A stretch of DNA of 64,000 bases from an uncultured Candidatus Poseidoniales archaeon. GTDB taxonomy: Archaea; Thermoplasmatota; Poseidoniia; Poseidoniales; Thalassarchaeaceae. The position numbers were made by a program, and so were the translations under genes. The notes under the pieces are model-generated. The model saw nothing but the letters and a program-made list of their open reading frames with translations. It did no database searches and had not been told where the DNA came from. The stretch covers positions 7,512 through 71,511 of the forward strand of contig CAZMVZ010000003.1 in NCBI GenBank assembly GCA_964570065.1, read 5' to 3'. Shown here piece after piece: positions 18,342-28,103 of the stretch. Position 1 is the stretch's first letter; every line of letters starts with the position of its first letter.

Positions 18342-19589
18342 ATGAGGCTTTGCCGTATCGGTCTCGATGACACCGATCATGTTGATGTTGGTTGCACCAC
18401 TTCTAGTTTCGACCATCTTCTGACAGTGATTGAACAGGGGGTGGACTGCAAAGTAATCGAAAGAAGACTAGTACGCCTTTGGCCATTCGCCAGAAGAAGA
18501 ACCCGTGGGAACGGAGCTCTCGGTGCGATTCTAGAGATTCCCGATAATGGGGCTGATGATATTGAGAAAATCTGCTACGAGTGGTTCTCTGAATTATTGG
18601 AACAGGTTAGCAATCACCCACCTTCTGAGTTCAAAGCCTCTCCTTGCCTAGTAATTTCGTATGACTCAGCCCCTGATTATTGGTATTGGAACGCCGTCAG
18701 AAAACACGTCGATTCAGAAACACTGCTAGAAGATGCCACCCAGAGAGGGGCTGTAGTGTTCCGTTCAGAGACCACATTTGGAGTAGTGGGCGCCTGCGCT
18801 GCGATTTCCTGGGAAAACACTGGCAACTCTTCATGGGAACTTATCTCTTGGAGGGATGACTCCAGAATCGGTACGCCGAGGATTGTCTCATCCGAATCAG
18901 TCTTGGAACTGGAAAAAAGGCACCCAGAAACGTTCCTTAATCGGGATCCTACTAAGGGAAAGGGAATGATCGCCCCCAGAACTCCGTGCCCCGTCCTATA
19001 TGGTATTCGGGGGTCAACATACTCTGCAGTCGAAACGGCGCATCATTGGCTTCAATCGAGGAAGGATGTTGAGATAAGCAACTCTTTCGCAATTCATAGA
19101 ACAAATCAGCTCAGTGACGACCACATCGAGTCTTCAACATCAGGCACTGTAACCTCATTGCCGAAAGAGACCAGGGGAGGGCATGCACACATTTCCGTTT
19201 TCACTTCTGGAAAGGCAGCCAATCTCGTTGCTTTCTCAGAGGGAGGGCCAGTAAACAGACTCCTACGGTCTCTAATTCCAGGGGACAGGATTTCTTGGTC
19301 AGGGTTGGTTTCTCCCGATGGATCTATACATCTGGAGAAAATAAAACTCGACTCCGCAACTGCTAGAATTGTAGGAAGGCCCGTTTGCTGCTCTAGAACG
19401 ATGAGGAGTTCTGGCCGTGGACAGGGAATTCGTTGTTTATCGTGCGGGCGAAAAGAGAGAAAGTCATGGCTATGCATAGATTATGAGACAGCAATGGGGC
19501 ATTCTGTTGGCGAATGGCAAGAACCCTCTCCATCCAATCGAAGACACCTGTCTAGGCCTCTTTCACACGGTTTTCCTGGGACAAACTGA
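18342..19589 (+). CDS. tiaS: tRNA(Ile2) 2-agmatinylcytidine synthetase TiaS
   Basis: MRLCRIGLDDTDHVDVGCTTS and RTRGNGALG match the TiaS N-terminal kinase domain. A C-terminal zinc ribbon is present (CCSRT...CLSCGRK). The start at ATG 18342 lies just after the gmhB stop. Confidence 0.8.
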   Translation: MRLCRIGLDDTDHVDVGCTTSSFDHLLTVIEQGVDCKVIERRLVRLWPFARRRTRGNGALGAILEIPDNGADDIEKICYEWFSELLEQVSNHPPSEFKASPCLVISYDSAPDYWYWNAVRKHVDSETLLEDATQRGAVVFRSETTFGVVGACAAISWENTGNSSWELISWRDDSRIGTPRIVSSESVLELEKRHPETFLNRDPTKGKGMIAPRTPCPVLYGIRGSTYSAVETAHHWLQSRKDVEISNSFAIHRTNQLSDDHIESSTSGTVTSLPKETRGGHAHISVFTSGKAANLVAFSEGGPVNRLLRSLIPGDRISWSGLVSPDGSIHLEKIKLDSATARIVGRPVCCSRTMRSSGRGQGIRCLSCGRKERKSWLCIDYETAMGHSVGEWQEPSPSNRRHLSRPLSHGFPGTN

Positions 19590-19613
19590 AACGAGCCCCC
19601 CGAATCCGAAGCC

Positions 19614-19850
19614 ATGGTCGGGCTTAGTGAGATTTTGGCTACATTCGTAATGATCGCAATTTCAGGTTATTTGGTGTGGACCCTTCTAGGAATCAGGCAA
19701 CGAAGAATGAAATTTGCTGCAGAGGGTGGTGATGATTACAGTGGGGGGGCCAAGGAGCCTGAGGCCCTGACAAATCCCGACGAAGAAGCCTTGGAAGACA
19801 TGGACAATTTATTGGAACAGGCTGGATTCACTATGCCTGAGGAAGAATAG
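19614..19850 (+). CDS. small membrane protein with acidic C-terminal tail, hypothetical
   Basis: It has one N-terminal hydrophobic helix, then RQRR, then an acidic tail. I recognise no family. Confidence 0.4.
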   Translation: MVGLSEILATFVMIAISGYLVWTLLGIRQRRMKFAAEGGDDYSGGAKEPEALTNPDEEALEDMDNLLEQAGFTMPEEE

Positions 19851-20095
19851 TCAGTAAGGATAATCCCTCTTAGGGTCCTGCGAGTAATGTGCCAAAGGGA
19901 GTTAGGTCCACTGAGAGGATACCTCGTCGCCCACCTCCCGACTTTCTCGAATCCGAGACTTCTGTAATTGGAGGGGTAATTGAGGATGGGTTCTTCAGCG
20001 TTGCACTAGATGATGCGAACCAGTATGGCCCACATGCGATGATAATGCTTCTTTTCGCCGTGGCATCGATTACGGCTATTCTTCTGTTGATTGCA

Positions 20096-21451
20096 TCACT
20101 TTTCTGACGTTTCTTCTCTTGCAATTTCTATTGAGCTATTCACTATCTGTACCGATGAACCAAGATGCGACTCGGGTTCGAATAGACCAGAAATTTCATC
20201 CTCATCGAATAGGTCCATTATCGATTCTGAATCCCTGCAGACGGCTTCAAGGTTAGAGCCTGAATCAACTGCAATCATTGAAGCAGACCTTAGAACCTCA
20301 TGGGCCATGTCTCTTGGCATTCCGCGATCGACCAATTCGAGCATGACCTTCTCGGCCATGATCAATCCATTTTGTGACTCTATGTTCTCCTTCATCTTAG
20401 CTCTATTAACTACCAAACCCGAAAGAACCCTGTCACATTTTGCAATCACATCGTCAAGAAGTATCATGGAATGCGAAAGGGTAAACCTCTCGCTAGAGGA
20501 GTTCGCCAAGTCCCTTTCATGCCACAATAGAGCGTTTTCGTATGAGGGAATAATCATCGAACGAACTATCCTCGCTAGTCCGCAAGCATTCTCGGCAGTA
20601 ATCGGGTTCTTCTTGTGAGCCATAGTGGATGAACCCACTTGTTTCTTTGAATCGAACGCCTCTGCAACCTCACCTATCTCTGTTCTCTGGAGATTCCTAA
20701 TTTCTTGTAGGATCTTCTCTATGCTCGTTGCAACATTGGCCATCCATCCAACCCATTCTATGTACCGATCCCTTCCAACCACCTGTGTCGTTGCTATTGG
20801 AACTTCCAAACTTAGTTCCCCTAGCACTAAGTCTTGCAATTCCAGGGCCCTTTCTCCCTGCGCTGCACCAGTGCCGACCGCGCCGAGGAATTTTCCTGTA
20901 ATGCACCTAGGTCGGATTTCCCTCAATCTAACCAGATGACGCCTCATTTCATCAATCCAAACTGCAACCTTCAGTCCGAATGTAATAGGGACGGCCGCCT
21001 GACCGTGGGTTCTCCCCAGCATCACAGTACTCTTTTCCCTATCTGCGATTTCACACAAAGTCTCGATCAGTTTGAGGAGAGATTGATCCTGCAATTCAAT
21101 GCTGTCTTTGATTTGCAGGGCCACTGCCGAGTCGACGATATCATTGCTCGTTGCACCTAGGTGGACACACCATCCAGAATCACCAGCCGCTTCAGCCATG
21201 GCCTTAGTTAGTGCCATTATGTCGTGTTTTGTCTCTGCTTCGAGCTCATCCACTCTGTCAGCAGTAACAATGCCGGGATCGGCAATCTCAGCAATTGCAT
21301 CGTAGTCTTCCGGAGAAACTCTACCCATCTTGCTGTGGGCCCATATCAATGCCCTCTCGACTTCCAACGAACGGGCATGTCTTCCCTCTCGTGACCAGAT
21401 TTCCTTGGCAACATCCCTTCCATACCTGTAATCCAAGGGGGAAACTGGCAT
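20096..21451 (-). CDS. purB: adenylosuccinate lyase
   Basis: The fumarate-lyase signature VGSSTMAHKKNPITAEN is present. The conserved N-terminus MPVSPLDYRYG begins at ATG 21451; the ORF-track extension would overlap the next gene. Confidence 0.9.
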   Translation of the reverse strand: MPVSPLDYRYGRDVAKEIWSREGRHARSLEVERALIWAHSKMGRVSPEDYDAIAEIADPGIVTADRVDELEAETKHDIMALTKAMAEAAGDSGWCVHLGATSNDIVDSAVALQIKDSIELQDQSLLKLIETLCEIADREKSTVMLGRTHGQAAVPITFGLKVAVWIDEMRRHLVRLREIRPRCITGKFLGAVGTGAAQGERALELQDLVLGELSLEVPIATTQVVGRDRYIEWVGWMANVATSIEKILQEIRNLQRTEIGEVAEAFDSKKQVGSSTMAHKKNPITAENACGLARIVRSMIIPSYENALLWHERDLANSSSERFTLSHSMILLDDVIAKCDRVLSGLVVNRAKMKENIESQNGLIMAEKVMLELVDRGMPRDMAHEVLRSASMIAVDSGSNLEAVCRDSESIMDLFDEDEISGLFEPESHLGSSVQIVNSSIEIAREETSEK

Positions 21452-21497
21452 AACTACGAGACTTCCGACCGGGGTCTCCTGTTTGAGTATAGCGATT

Positions 21498-22244
21498 TCA
21501 TGTAAGCCTGCAAGATTTGACTTCCAAGACTCCCCTTGAGCCACGCCAAATCACCTCTCCATCCAGAAGTATCTTCCTCTTCATGTGCGGTGCGTCTGTA
21601 ACTATGGTCTCGAACTCTCCCCCCTCTCCATCTAGGTTGAATCTGTATTCTCTAGATGCTTCTTTTAGTATCCTCAAGGAATCCCCATCTAGATTCATAC
21701 CAACCCATCCTGCATCCATCCCCTCGGTTGAAACCGAGGTGAAAACCACTTCGAACCCATGCTCCACTAGTGACTCCATGTGCTCGACCTGGTCTTTGTG
21801 CCAGAGGGGGCAGAACGATCTAACACCCAGTCTTTCGCACATCCTCTCGATTCTGGTTTTCTGGTAGTCAGATCGAAGAGCCCCGACTACTAGCCCATCA
21901 ATTTTCAGTGGTCCATTGTGTATCTCAAGATCATCCGGAATTTCCACCCCTGCCGGCCAAATATCTTCGAGTGGAAAAGAAGCAGTCGATTTCCCGGCCA
22001 ACGCAATCTCTAGATCATCAATTTCCTTTTCCTCCTCGCCGTTTGAAAAAACGGGCTTCCACGACGTACCAATGGAGGATGCCTGAAGTCCAGCAATCCA
22101 TGAATTCTGCAACTGGAACATCATCGAGTCTTCACCTCGAACAAGTACTGTTACCAGTGAGACAACTTCCCATCCCTGGAGGCCTGCCCACCAAGCAGCA
22201 TACGTTGAGTCCTTTCCTCCAGAAGCCAAAATCGCTACCCTCAT
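21498..22244 (-). CDS. dph6: PP-loop ATPase of the MJ0570/diphthine-ammonia ligase (Dph6) family
   Basis: MRVAILASGGKDSTYAAWWA is a PP-loop, and the size is about 245 aa. The family is linked to aEF-2 diphthamide formation. Confidence 0.7.
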   Translation of the reverse strand: MRVAILASGGKDSTYAAWWAGLQGWEVVSLVTVLVRGEDSMMFQLQNSWIAGLQASSIGTSWKPVFSNGEEEKEIDDLEIALAGKSTASFPLEDIWPAGVEIPDDLEIHNGPLKIDGLVVGALRSDYQKTRIERMCERLGVRSFCPLWHKDQVEHMESLVEHGFEVVFTSVSTEGMDAGWVGMNLDGDSLRILKEASREYRFNLDGEGGEFETIVTDAPHMKRKILLDGEVIWRGSRGVLEVKSCRLT

Positions 22245-22340
22245 TCTTCCACCGAACTATTTTGCACATAATGGACACCCGATTGAGTCTTCCCCCGACC
22301 AAGATTGATAAGAGTCCATTATGGCATGGGGTCGATAGCG

Positions 22341-23051
22341 ATGCAGCCAAGCGGACGAGGATACGACCACGGGGTCTCCACTTTTTCTCCCGACGGTCGT
22401 CTGTATCAGGTAGAATATGCACGTGAATCCGTCAAAAGAGGGACAACTACAGTGGGTTTGGTCTACAAGGATGGCGTTGTACTAATTGTCGATAAGAGGG
22501 TTCAGAGCAAGCTAGTAATCACAGACTCAATTGAGAAGATGTACCAGATAGACAATCATGTCGGAATCACGACATCCGGACTGGTTGCAGATGCACGTCA
22601 GTTAGTTGACAGGGCAAGAGTACAGTGCCAGGTAAATCGAATGACATACGGCGACGACATCCCCGTCTCCACATTGGTCAAGAAGATGTGCGACTATAAG
22701 CAGTCATTCACCCAGTATGGCGGTGCAAGACCATTTGGAACAGCACTTCTAATCGCTGGCTTCGACGATGAAGGGGCTCATTTGTTCGAAACAGACCCTT
22801 CGGGTGCTTACCAGTCATACAATGCCGGTGCAATCGGTCGTGGAAAGGCCACTGCTATCGACTACTTCGAGGCGAAGTGGAAGAGTGGGCTAACTCAGAA
22901 CGCTGCAATCAAGATGGGTCTGGAGTCTCTCCGTGAGTCTCTCGAAGAAGATCTGAACCCAGAAACCGTTGAGATTGGTTGCGTGGATAAGGGTGGCTAT
23001 AAAAAACTAGGAAGAGAAGCAACTCTGAAGCATCTCGGAAAACTGTCTTGA
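22341..23051 (+). CDS. psmA: proteasome alpha subunit
   Basis: MQPSGRGYDHGVSTFSPDGRLYQVEYARE is the canonical alpha-subunit N-terminus. The start is set at that Met. Confidence 0.9.
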   Translation: MQPSGRGYDHGVSTFSPDGRLYQVEYARESVKRGTTTVGLVYKDGVVLIVDKRVQSKLVITDSIEKMYQIDNHVGITTSGLVADARQLVDRARVQCQVNRMTYGDDIPVSTLVKKMCDYKQSFTQYGGARPFGTALLIAGFDDEGAHLFETDPSGAYQSYNAGAIGRGKATAIDYFEAKWKSGLTQNAAIKMGLESLRESLEEDLNPETVEIGCVDKGGYKKLGREATLKHLGKLS

Positions 23052-23087
23052 ACCCCATTATGATAAGCCAATGCCATATCGGCAGTC

Positions 23088-23777
23088 ATGGTAAGTCTGG
23101 ATGACGCCGTTCTAGCCCGTCTTGAGAAGGGGGGCAGTAGATACGAAATTCTCGTCGATCCTGATTTGGTCGATATCTGGAAAGAAGATAACAACTCAGT
23201 CGAACTCGGAGAACTTCTCGCAATCGAAGAGATATGGTCAGATGCCCGAGCCGGGGAGAGGCCAACAGGAGAGGCTCTTGTGAAGACCTTCGGAACGACT
23301 GAGATTCTTGCCTGCGCACGAATAATTCTGGACAAGGGGGGCATTCAACTCACCACCGCTCAACGAAAGAAGATGGTCGAAGCGAAAAAGCTTCAGATAA
23401 TCAATGAAATAGCCAGTACTGCTACAGATCCTAAGACAAAACTGCCTCATCCGAGGACTAGAATAGAAACTGCACTTGATGAGATTCGATTCTCGATCGA
23501 CCCCTTCAAGTCTGTAGAAAGTCAGGTTGCAGATGCAGTTTCTGCACTTCGCCCAGTCATCCCTCTTCAATTCATTACTATCCGTCTCGCATTCATGGTC
23601 CAGGGAAAGGACTACGGAGGTGTGAGCCAGATGCTTAGGGATTCGATTCAGAAGGAAGAATGGACGAGTGATGGTAATTGGGTATGTGTTGTTTCAGTTC
23701 CAGGGGGGATGAAGAACGATATTATCGACAAAGTTGCTTCTAGGTCGTCTGATGTTGAAGTAAGGGAATTAGACTGA
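23088..23777 (+). CDS. SBDS-family ribosome maturation protein (Sdo1)
   Basis: ARLEKGGSRYEILVDPDLV and its position between psmA and rrp4 match the archaeal exosome superoperon. Confidence 0.85.
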   Translation: MVSLDDAVLARLEKGGSRYEILVDPDLVDIWKEDNNSVELGELLAIEEIWSDARAGERPTGEALVKTFGTTEILACARIILDKGGIQLTTAQRKKMVEAKKLQIINEIASTATDPKTKLPHPRTRIETALDEIRFSIDPFKSVESQVADAVSALRPVIPLQFITIRLAFMVQGKDYGGVSQMLRDSIQKEEWTSDGNWVCVVSVPGGMKNDIIDKVASRSSDVEVRELD

Positions 23778-23806
23778 TTCTATCATTATCGCCAGCATCA
23801 ACGGTT

Positions 23807-24505
23807 ATGAACAGCGGGCCGGTCGCGCGGCCCGATAACATGGCAAAAAAGAATGGCGCGGCGGGGCCGCGAGGAAATATTCGAGGGCAAACCCTCGTAG
23901 TGCCCGGGGAAGACCTAGGCGATTCAGAAGATTTTGAGGCAGGGCATGGTGTAATGGCCATCTCTGGGCGCCTCAAGGCAGTAAAGCAAGGAAGACTAAG
24001 GGAAAAGGGCGGATCAATCTCGGTTGACCCTACTCACACAAGATACATCCCTAGACCAGGAGACCTGGTGATTGGATATATCGAGGGTTGCACTAACAAC
24101 CTCTGGTTCATTGAATTGGGAGCACCGTTTAACGCAATTCTCCCAATGAGCCTTGGCCCGGGAAAGGTTGACTTCGGCGGGACCAGGTCAGTAATGGATA
24201 TCGGAGACGCGGTCCTTTGCAGAATACAAGAAGTTGAGGAGACACACTCAAGCGTAGTCACGATGAAAGGAATGGGGCTACGGAAGATCAGGTCAGGGGT
24301 AATCGAAGAGATTGACCCTCACCTTCTAGGCAGACTAATCGGAAAGGGCGGGGAGTCATTAAGAAGGCTGAAAGCAGAAACAGAGTGCCGAATAGTCGTG
24401 GCAGACAACGGTCGGATGTGGATTGACGGCGAACTTGATGGAATTCTAGATGTACGAAACAAACTTTCAGCAATTTCTCAGAGAAATAAGGGCGGTGAGA
24501 ACTGA
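23807..24505 (+). CDS. rrp4: exosome complex RNA-binding protein Rrp4
   Basis: It has an S1 domain (GDLVIGYIEG...WFIELG) and a KH domain (GRLIGKGGESLRRLKAET). Its stop overlaps the rrp41 start (TGATG). Confidence 0.85.
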   Translation: MNSGPVARPDNMAKKNGAAGPRGNIRGQTLVVPGEDLGDSEDFEAGHGVMAISGRLKAVKQGRLREKGGSISVDPTHTRYIPRPGDLVIGYIEGCTNNLWFIELGAPFNAILPMSLGPGKVDFGGTRSVMDIGDAVLCRIQEVEETHSSVVTMKGMGLRKIRSGVIEEIDPHLLGRLIGKGGESLRRLKAETECRIVVADNGRMWIDGELDGILDVRNKLSAISQRNKGGEN

Positions 24506-25224
24506 TGGGGGGTTACGGAGACGTGCAAATGATCGATGAGAACGGCCTACGCATGGATGGCCGCTCGCCAGGTGAAATCAGAGATATCACAATCGAGACT
24601 GGAGTCATTCCCGTGGCAGACGGGTCTTGCAGGATGACTTGGGGCACAAACGAGGCGATTGTAGCTGTTTATGGCCCTATGGAAGCACATCCTCGGAAGA
24701 TTCAGAGACAGGACAGGGCGGTTCTGGATGTGGCATACAACATGGCGCCATTCTCCACTACCGACAGGATGCGTCCAGGATTCAATCGTCGAAGCAGAGA
24801 GATTAGCAAGGTTACGAAGGACGCCCTTGAAAGCGTAGTTCTTCTGGAACTATATCCCCGTTCGAAGATTCGGGTAACTATTGAGATCGTGTCAGCAGAG
24901 GCCGGAACACGATGTGTCGGACTTACTGCCGCTTCGGTGGCCTTAGCAGATGCAGGAATTCCAATGACTGATTTGGTTGTTAGTGTTGCTAGTGGGAAGA
25001 TCAATGACGTAGTAGTTTGTGACTTGAACAAAGAAGAAGACAACTATGGCGAAGCAGACTTGCCTATGGGAATAATGCCAAATTCTGGAGAGCTTGTCTT
25101 CTTGCAGATGGATGGGGACCTCTCTCAAGAAGAATTCAAGCAAGCATGGCAGTATAACATGGACGCCGCCCAAGTTGTCCATGGGATGATGGTTGAGGCA
25201 CTGAAAGGGGGTGGCTCCCAATGA
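24505..25224 (+). CDS. rrp41: exosome complex exonuclease Rrp41 (RNase PH fold)
   Basis: DGRSPGEIRDITIETGVIPVADGSCRMTWGTNEAIVAVYGP is an RNase PH domain block. Confidence 0.9.
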   Translation: MGGYGDVQMIDENGLRMDGRSPGEIRDITIETGVIPVADGSCRMTWGTNEAIVAVYGPMEAHPRKIQRQDRAVLDVAYNMAPFSTTDRMRPGFNRRSREISKVTKDALESVVLLELYPRSKIRVTIEIVSAEAGTRCVGLTAASVALADAGIPMTDLVVSVASGKINDVVVCDLNKEEDNYGEADLPMGIMPNSGELVFLQMDGDLSQEEFKQAWQYNMDAAQVVHGMMVEALKGGGSQ

Positions 25225-26000
25225 CCATCCCAATAGTTCCAAAACTGCTGCGTGCTCATCTTTCCGATCTCGCTGTAAATGATGCCAGGATAGATGGAAG
25301 ATCACAGTGGGAAGGAAGAAATCTGGAGATTGAGCATTCTGTTTTGCCTAGGGCCGAGGGGTCAGCCCGAGTGAGAATGGGGGACACAATAGTTCTCGCT
25401 GGAGTAAAGTTCCAGATTATGCAGCCTTACCCAGACCGACCAAATCAAGGCGGTTTGATGTGTTCCGCCGACGTTCGCCCCATTGCAGGACGCAATTGGG
25501 AAGCCGGACCACCCAGTCCCGAGGCAATCGAGCTCGGTAGGGTGGTGGATAGGGGAATTAGAGAATCTGGTTGTATCGATGTCGACTCTCTTTGCATAAT
25601 CCCAGGTGAGAAGGCATGGCAGGTAATCCTAGATCTCTTCGCAGTATCTGATGATGGAAATCTATTCGACGCCTTCGCCCTAGCCGGGATAGCAGCCCTC
25701 AGGAACGCCACTGTTCCTGCAGAGCGTTTTGAGGTAGGCGAGGATTACGCTCTACCGGTTTCAAAGACTCCAATAATGTGCTCATTCCACAAGGTTGGCG
25801 GTCGTTTTGTCTACGATGCCTGTTCAAGAGAGGAACTAGGTGGGGATGAGAGAATCCACATCACCCTTGGCGACGACGATAACGTCCACTCGCTTCAGAA
25901 GGGTCTAAAGGGAATTTTCTCAACGGAGGAATTCGAAGAAATCATGACTAATGCCCAAGAAAGGACCAAGGAACTCAGAAAAATAGTAGATTCGTTGTAG
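25221..26000 (+). CDS. rrp42: exosome complex component Rrp42
   Basis: This is a second RNase PH-like protein (RIDGRSQWEGRNLEIEHSVLPRAEGSARV). It has an ATGA overlap with rrp41. Confidence 0.85.
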   Translation: MTIPIVPKLLRAHLSDLAVNDARIDGRSQWEGRNLEIEHSVLPRAEGSARVRMGDTIVLAGVKFQIMQPYPDRPNQGGLMCSADVRPIAGRNWEAGPPSPEAIELGRVVDRGIRESGCIDVDSLCIIPGEKAWQVILDLFAVSDDGNLFDAFALAGIAALRNATVPAERFEVGEDYALPVSKTPIMCSFHKVGGRFVYDACSREELGGDERIHITLGDDDNVHSLQKGLKGIFSTEEFEEIMTNAQERTKELRKIVDSL

Positions 26001-26008
26001 GTGGAAAA

Positions 26009-26377
26009 ATGGCTAAGAGAACACAGAAGGCGGGGGCAACAGCAAGATTTGGTGCTAGGTACGGCGTAAGCGTTAGGCGAAGAGCTGGGTCTGCACTTGC
26101 AAAGAAATCAAGGAAATACACTTGCCCAAGTTGTCACTACCCTAAGGTTAGGAGAAAGGCAGCAGGAATATGGGAATGTAGGAAGTGTGATCACACATTC
26201 TCTGGTGGTGTCTGGGAGCCTTACACAAGGGCCAGTGACGCCAATAAGAGGATAGTCCGGAGATCCCTGGAAGGGGCCACTGCAACTGATATGACGGTAA
26301 TCGCCCAACAGGCGGCACTCGACTTCGAGAGAAAGCTTTCCGAGAGAGATTCAGATGCAGCAACAGAAGAGGAATGA
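26009..26377 (+). CDS. rpl37ae: ribosomal protein L37Ae (eL43) with acidic C-terminal extension
   Basis: GATARFGARYGVSVRRR and a zinc ribbon (CPSC...CRKC) are present. About 25-30 extra C-terminal residues end in EEE. Confidence 0.9.
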   Translation: MAKRTQKAGATARFGARYGVSVRRRAGSALAKKSRKYTCPSCHYPKVRRKAAGIWECRKCDHTFSGGVWEPYTRASDANKRIVRRSLEGATATDMTVIAQQAALDFERKLSERDSDAATEEE

Positions 26378-26591
26378 CTCGGTTTCACTGGAGTTGCTAT
26401 TGGAGCACATCGATTCCGGGCCACTCTCATCATCTCTAATTACAGAGGCCGAATTCTCTCATGATGGAGACGAGATTTCGGTAACACTCTCGGCAAACTC
26501 CTTCAGTGACATCAGGGCAAGATGGAACTCAATAATGAGAGCATTAATTGCTTCCGAGCAATCTCTCGAAGCAACGGACGGGGGTGAATAG
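26355..26591 (+). CDS. Pcc1-like KEOPS subunit (tentative)
   Basis: It is about 78 aa. DEISVTLSANSFSDIRARWNSIMRALIASEQSLE resembles the Pcc1 block (ILDIKATDSSALRGTVNSYLRWIKAAIDVIE in Pyrococcus, from memory). Its position next to prefoldin beta fits the superoperon. Confidence 0.5.
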   Translation: MQQQKRNDSVSLELLLEHIDSGPLSSSLITEAEFSHDGDEISVTLSANSFSDIRARWNSIMRALIASEQSLEATDGGE

Positions 26592-26913
26592 GATCAGCGA
26601 GGAAGTTTCAGCCGAAGAAATACAGTCTATAGCAAGAGAATTGCAGATTCTGAGGAATCAGATTCAAACAATCTCCTCACAGTCTTCAGAGTATGGGATT
26701 ACCGTAGAAGCCTTATCCAAGCAAGACCCCGAGAGACCTGTTTACCGTTCCTTAGGGAATATTCTCCTTGAGGTCAGTGATCGAGTCTCATTGGAATCAG
26801 AGTTGAAGGAAGCACAAGAAGCACTGAACGAGCATCTTGGCAGACTCGTCGAGAGGGAAGAAAGCATCCGTAAAAAGTACGAAGAAATGGCTGAGAGCTT
26901 CGAGAGGGCGTGA
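26584..26913 (+). CDS. pfdB: prefoldin beta subunit
   Basis: Two coiled-coil arms flank a beta-hairpin region (PVYRSLGNILLEV). The start is placed at GTG 26584, overlapping the upstream stop by 8 nt. Confidence 0.8.
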   Translation: MNRISEEVSAEEIQSIARELQILRNQIQTISSQSSEYGITVEALSKQDPERPVYRSLGNILLEVSDRVSLESELKEAQEALNEHLGRLVEREESIRKKYEEMAESFERA

Positions 26914-26920
26914 ACATTGG

Positions 26921-27751
26921 ATGAGCAAAGAAACCGCTCCCATAGAAAAATCAACATCAGACTCACTACTTTTCCAGACATTATTGTCTGAAGGCAATAC
27001 CGAGAAGGCTTTGATCCTCAGTGAAAAGATTCTGGAACAATCGAGGAATCTAGGGGATAGGGATTTCGAGTCAGAGGCTTGGATAAGGATGGAAAGAGCC
27101 CTCTTAGGGGCAATCGCCCCAGAGAACGTTGGTAACGAGCTACGTTGGTGCGTCGATAGACTTGCTTCCGTTAACCCGGGCTCTCCTCTGCACGGGCTTG
27201 CTCTCTTGAATCTCGCATCTTGGCATCGAAATTCCAACGAGCGAATGATGGCTCTTGTAACACTCGCAGACATTTCCTCGGATTCAGGCCACCCCGTAGA
27301 TTTGATTGGGCTCTCGCGCCTAGAGTCGGGGAGAATACTCGCCTCTATCGGTGATCTCGAACCTGCAATGAGACACCTCTGGATGGCAATGAGGAGACTC
27401 TCATCATCGGACATGCCTGCCGAGGCAGTAGTATGTGCTATGGAATGGCTAGACCTGGCATTAGACGACATCGACCCCAATTCACCAACTATGGATGAAC
27501 GGATAGTCGATGCAAGGCCCAGGGAAAACCCGGGGATGACAACAACTCCATCAAATCCTTCAGACATCAAGGAGTCAGTGGAGATAATACTCTCAAATGC
27601 TCTAAAGGACGTTTCGGGGATGAAGAGAGATGACCTAGGCTTGGTCTTGGATGCTAGCGAAACCTTGGAAGAAGCACAATGGAGGGAAGCAATAGAAGAA
27701 AGGCAAAGTGAGATTCAAGACCCAAGGCTGATCGATGTGCTCCAATCATGA
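26921..27751 (+). CDS. hypothetical helical-repeat (TPR-like) protein
   Basis: The composition is protein-like and predicted helical. It starts at ATG 26921, just after the prefoldin stop. The opposite-strand ORF 26797..27570 is Ser-rich and looks like a shadow. Confidence 0.5.
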   Translation: MSKETAPIEKSTSDSLLFQTLLSEGNTEKALILSEKILEQSRNLGDRDFESEAWIRMERALLGAIAPENVGNELRWCVDRLASVNPGSPLHGLALLNLASWHRNSNERMMALVTLADISSDSGHPVDLIGLSRLESGRILASIGDLEPAMRHLWMAMRRLSSSDMPAEAVVCAMEWLDLALDDIDPNSPTMDERIVDARPRENPGMTTTPSNPSDIKESVEIILSNALKDVSGMKRDDLGLVLDASETLEEAQWREAIEERQSEIQDPRLIDVLQS

Positions 27752-28101
27752 CCCCTGATCTTCTCAATCTCGTCATCTCCCCAAGCCGAATTCTCCGGAA
27801 GTTGTAGACACCAACCAACTTCCTCTATGGCATCATCGGGTGATTTCCACGGTTCCGGGCTAACTGACATATCTACTTGGGCCAATACCACATGACCTCC
27901 CTGGATTAAATTTGCATCAATTGCCTTCGCAGTGCCAAGAACACCAGTTTCTTCGTATAATTCCCTCAAAGCCGCTTCCTCGGGTGCTTCATCTTGATTC
28001 ACACGACCTCCTGGCAATTCCCAGCCTCTGACCCTATTCTTCACCATAATCCAGCACCCATCTTCTTCAGAAGAAAAGGCCCATACAACAACAAAACTCA
28101 A
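27715..28101 (-). CDS. Nudix hydrolase
   Basis: The Nudix box is complete: GGRVNQDEAPEEAALRELYEETGV (Gx5Ex7REUxEExGU). Confidence 0.85.
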   Translation of the reverse strand: MSFVVVWAFSSEEDGCWIMVKNRVRGWELPGGRVNQDEAPEEAALRELYEETGVLGTAKAIDANLIQGGHVVLAQVDMSVSPEPWKSPDDAIEEVGWCLQLPENSAWGDDEIEKIRGHDWSTSISLGS

Positions 28102-28103
28102 AA

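Noticed and set aside
19851-20124. Two mutually exclusive small ORFs between the acidic-tailed small membrane protein and purB: 19889..20107(+) of 72 aa with a C-terminal hydrophobic helix, and 19870..20124(-) of 84 aa.
   Set aside because: Neither has a recognisable motif. The plus-strand one starts with GTG and lacks the PGF or basic residues expected for a sorting signal. I cannot decide by eye whether either is real. This needs conservation or expression data.
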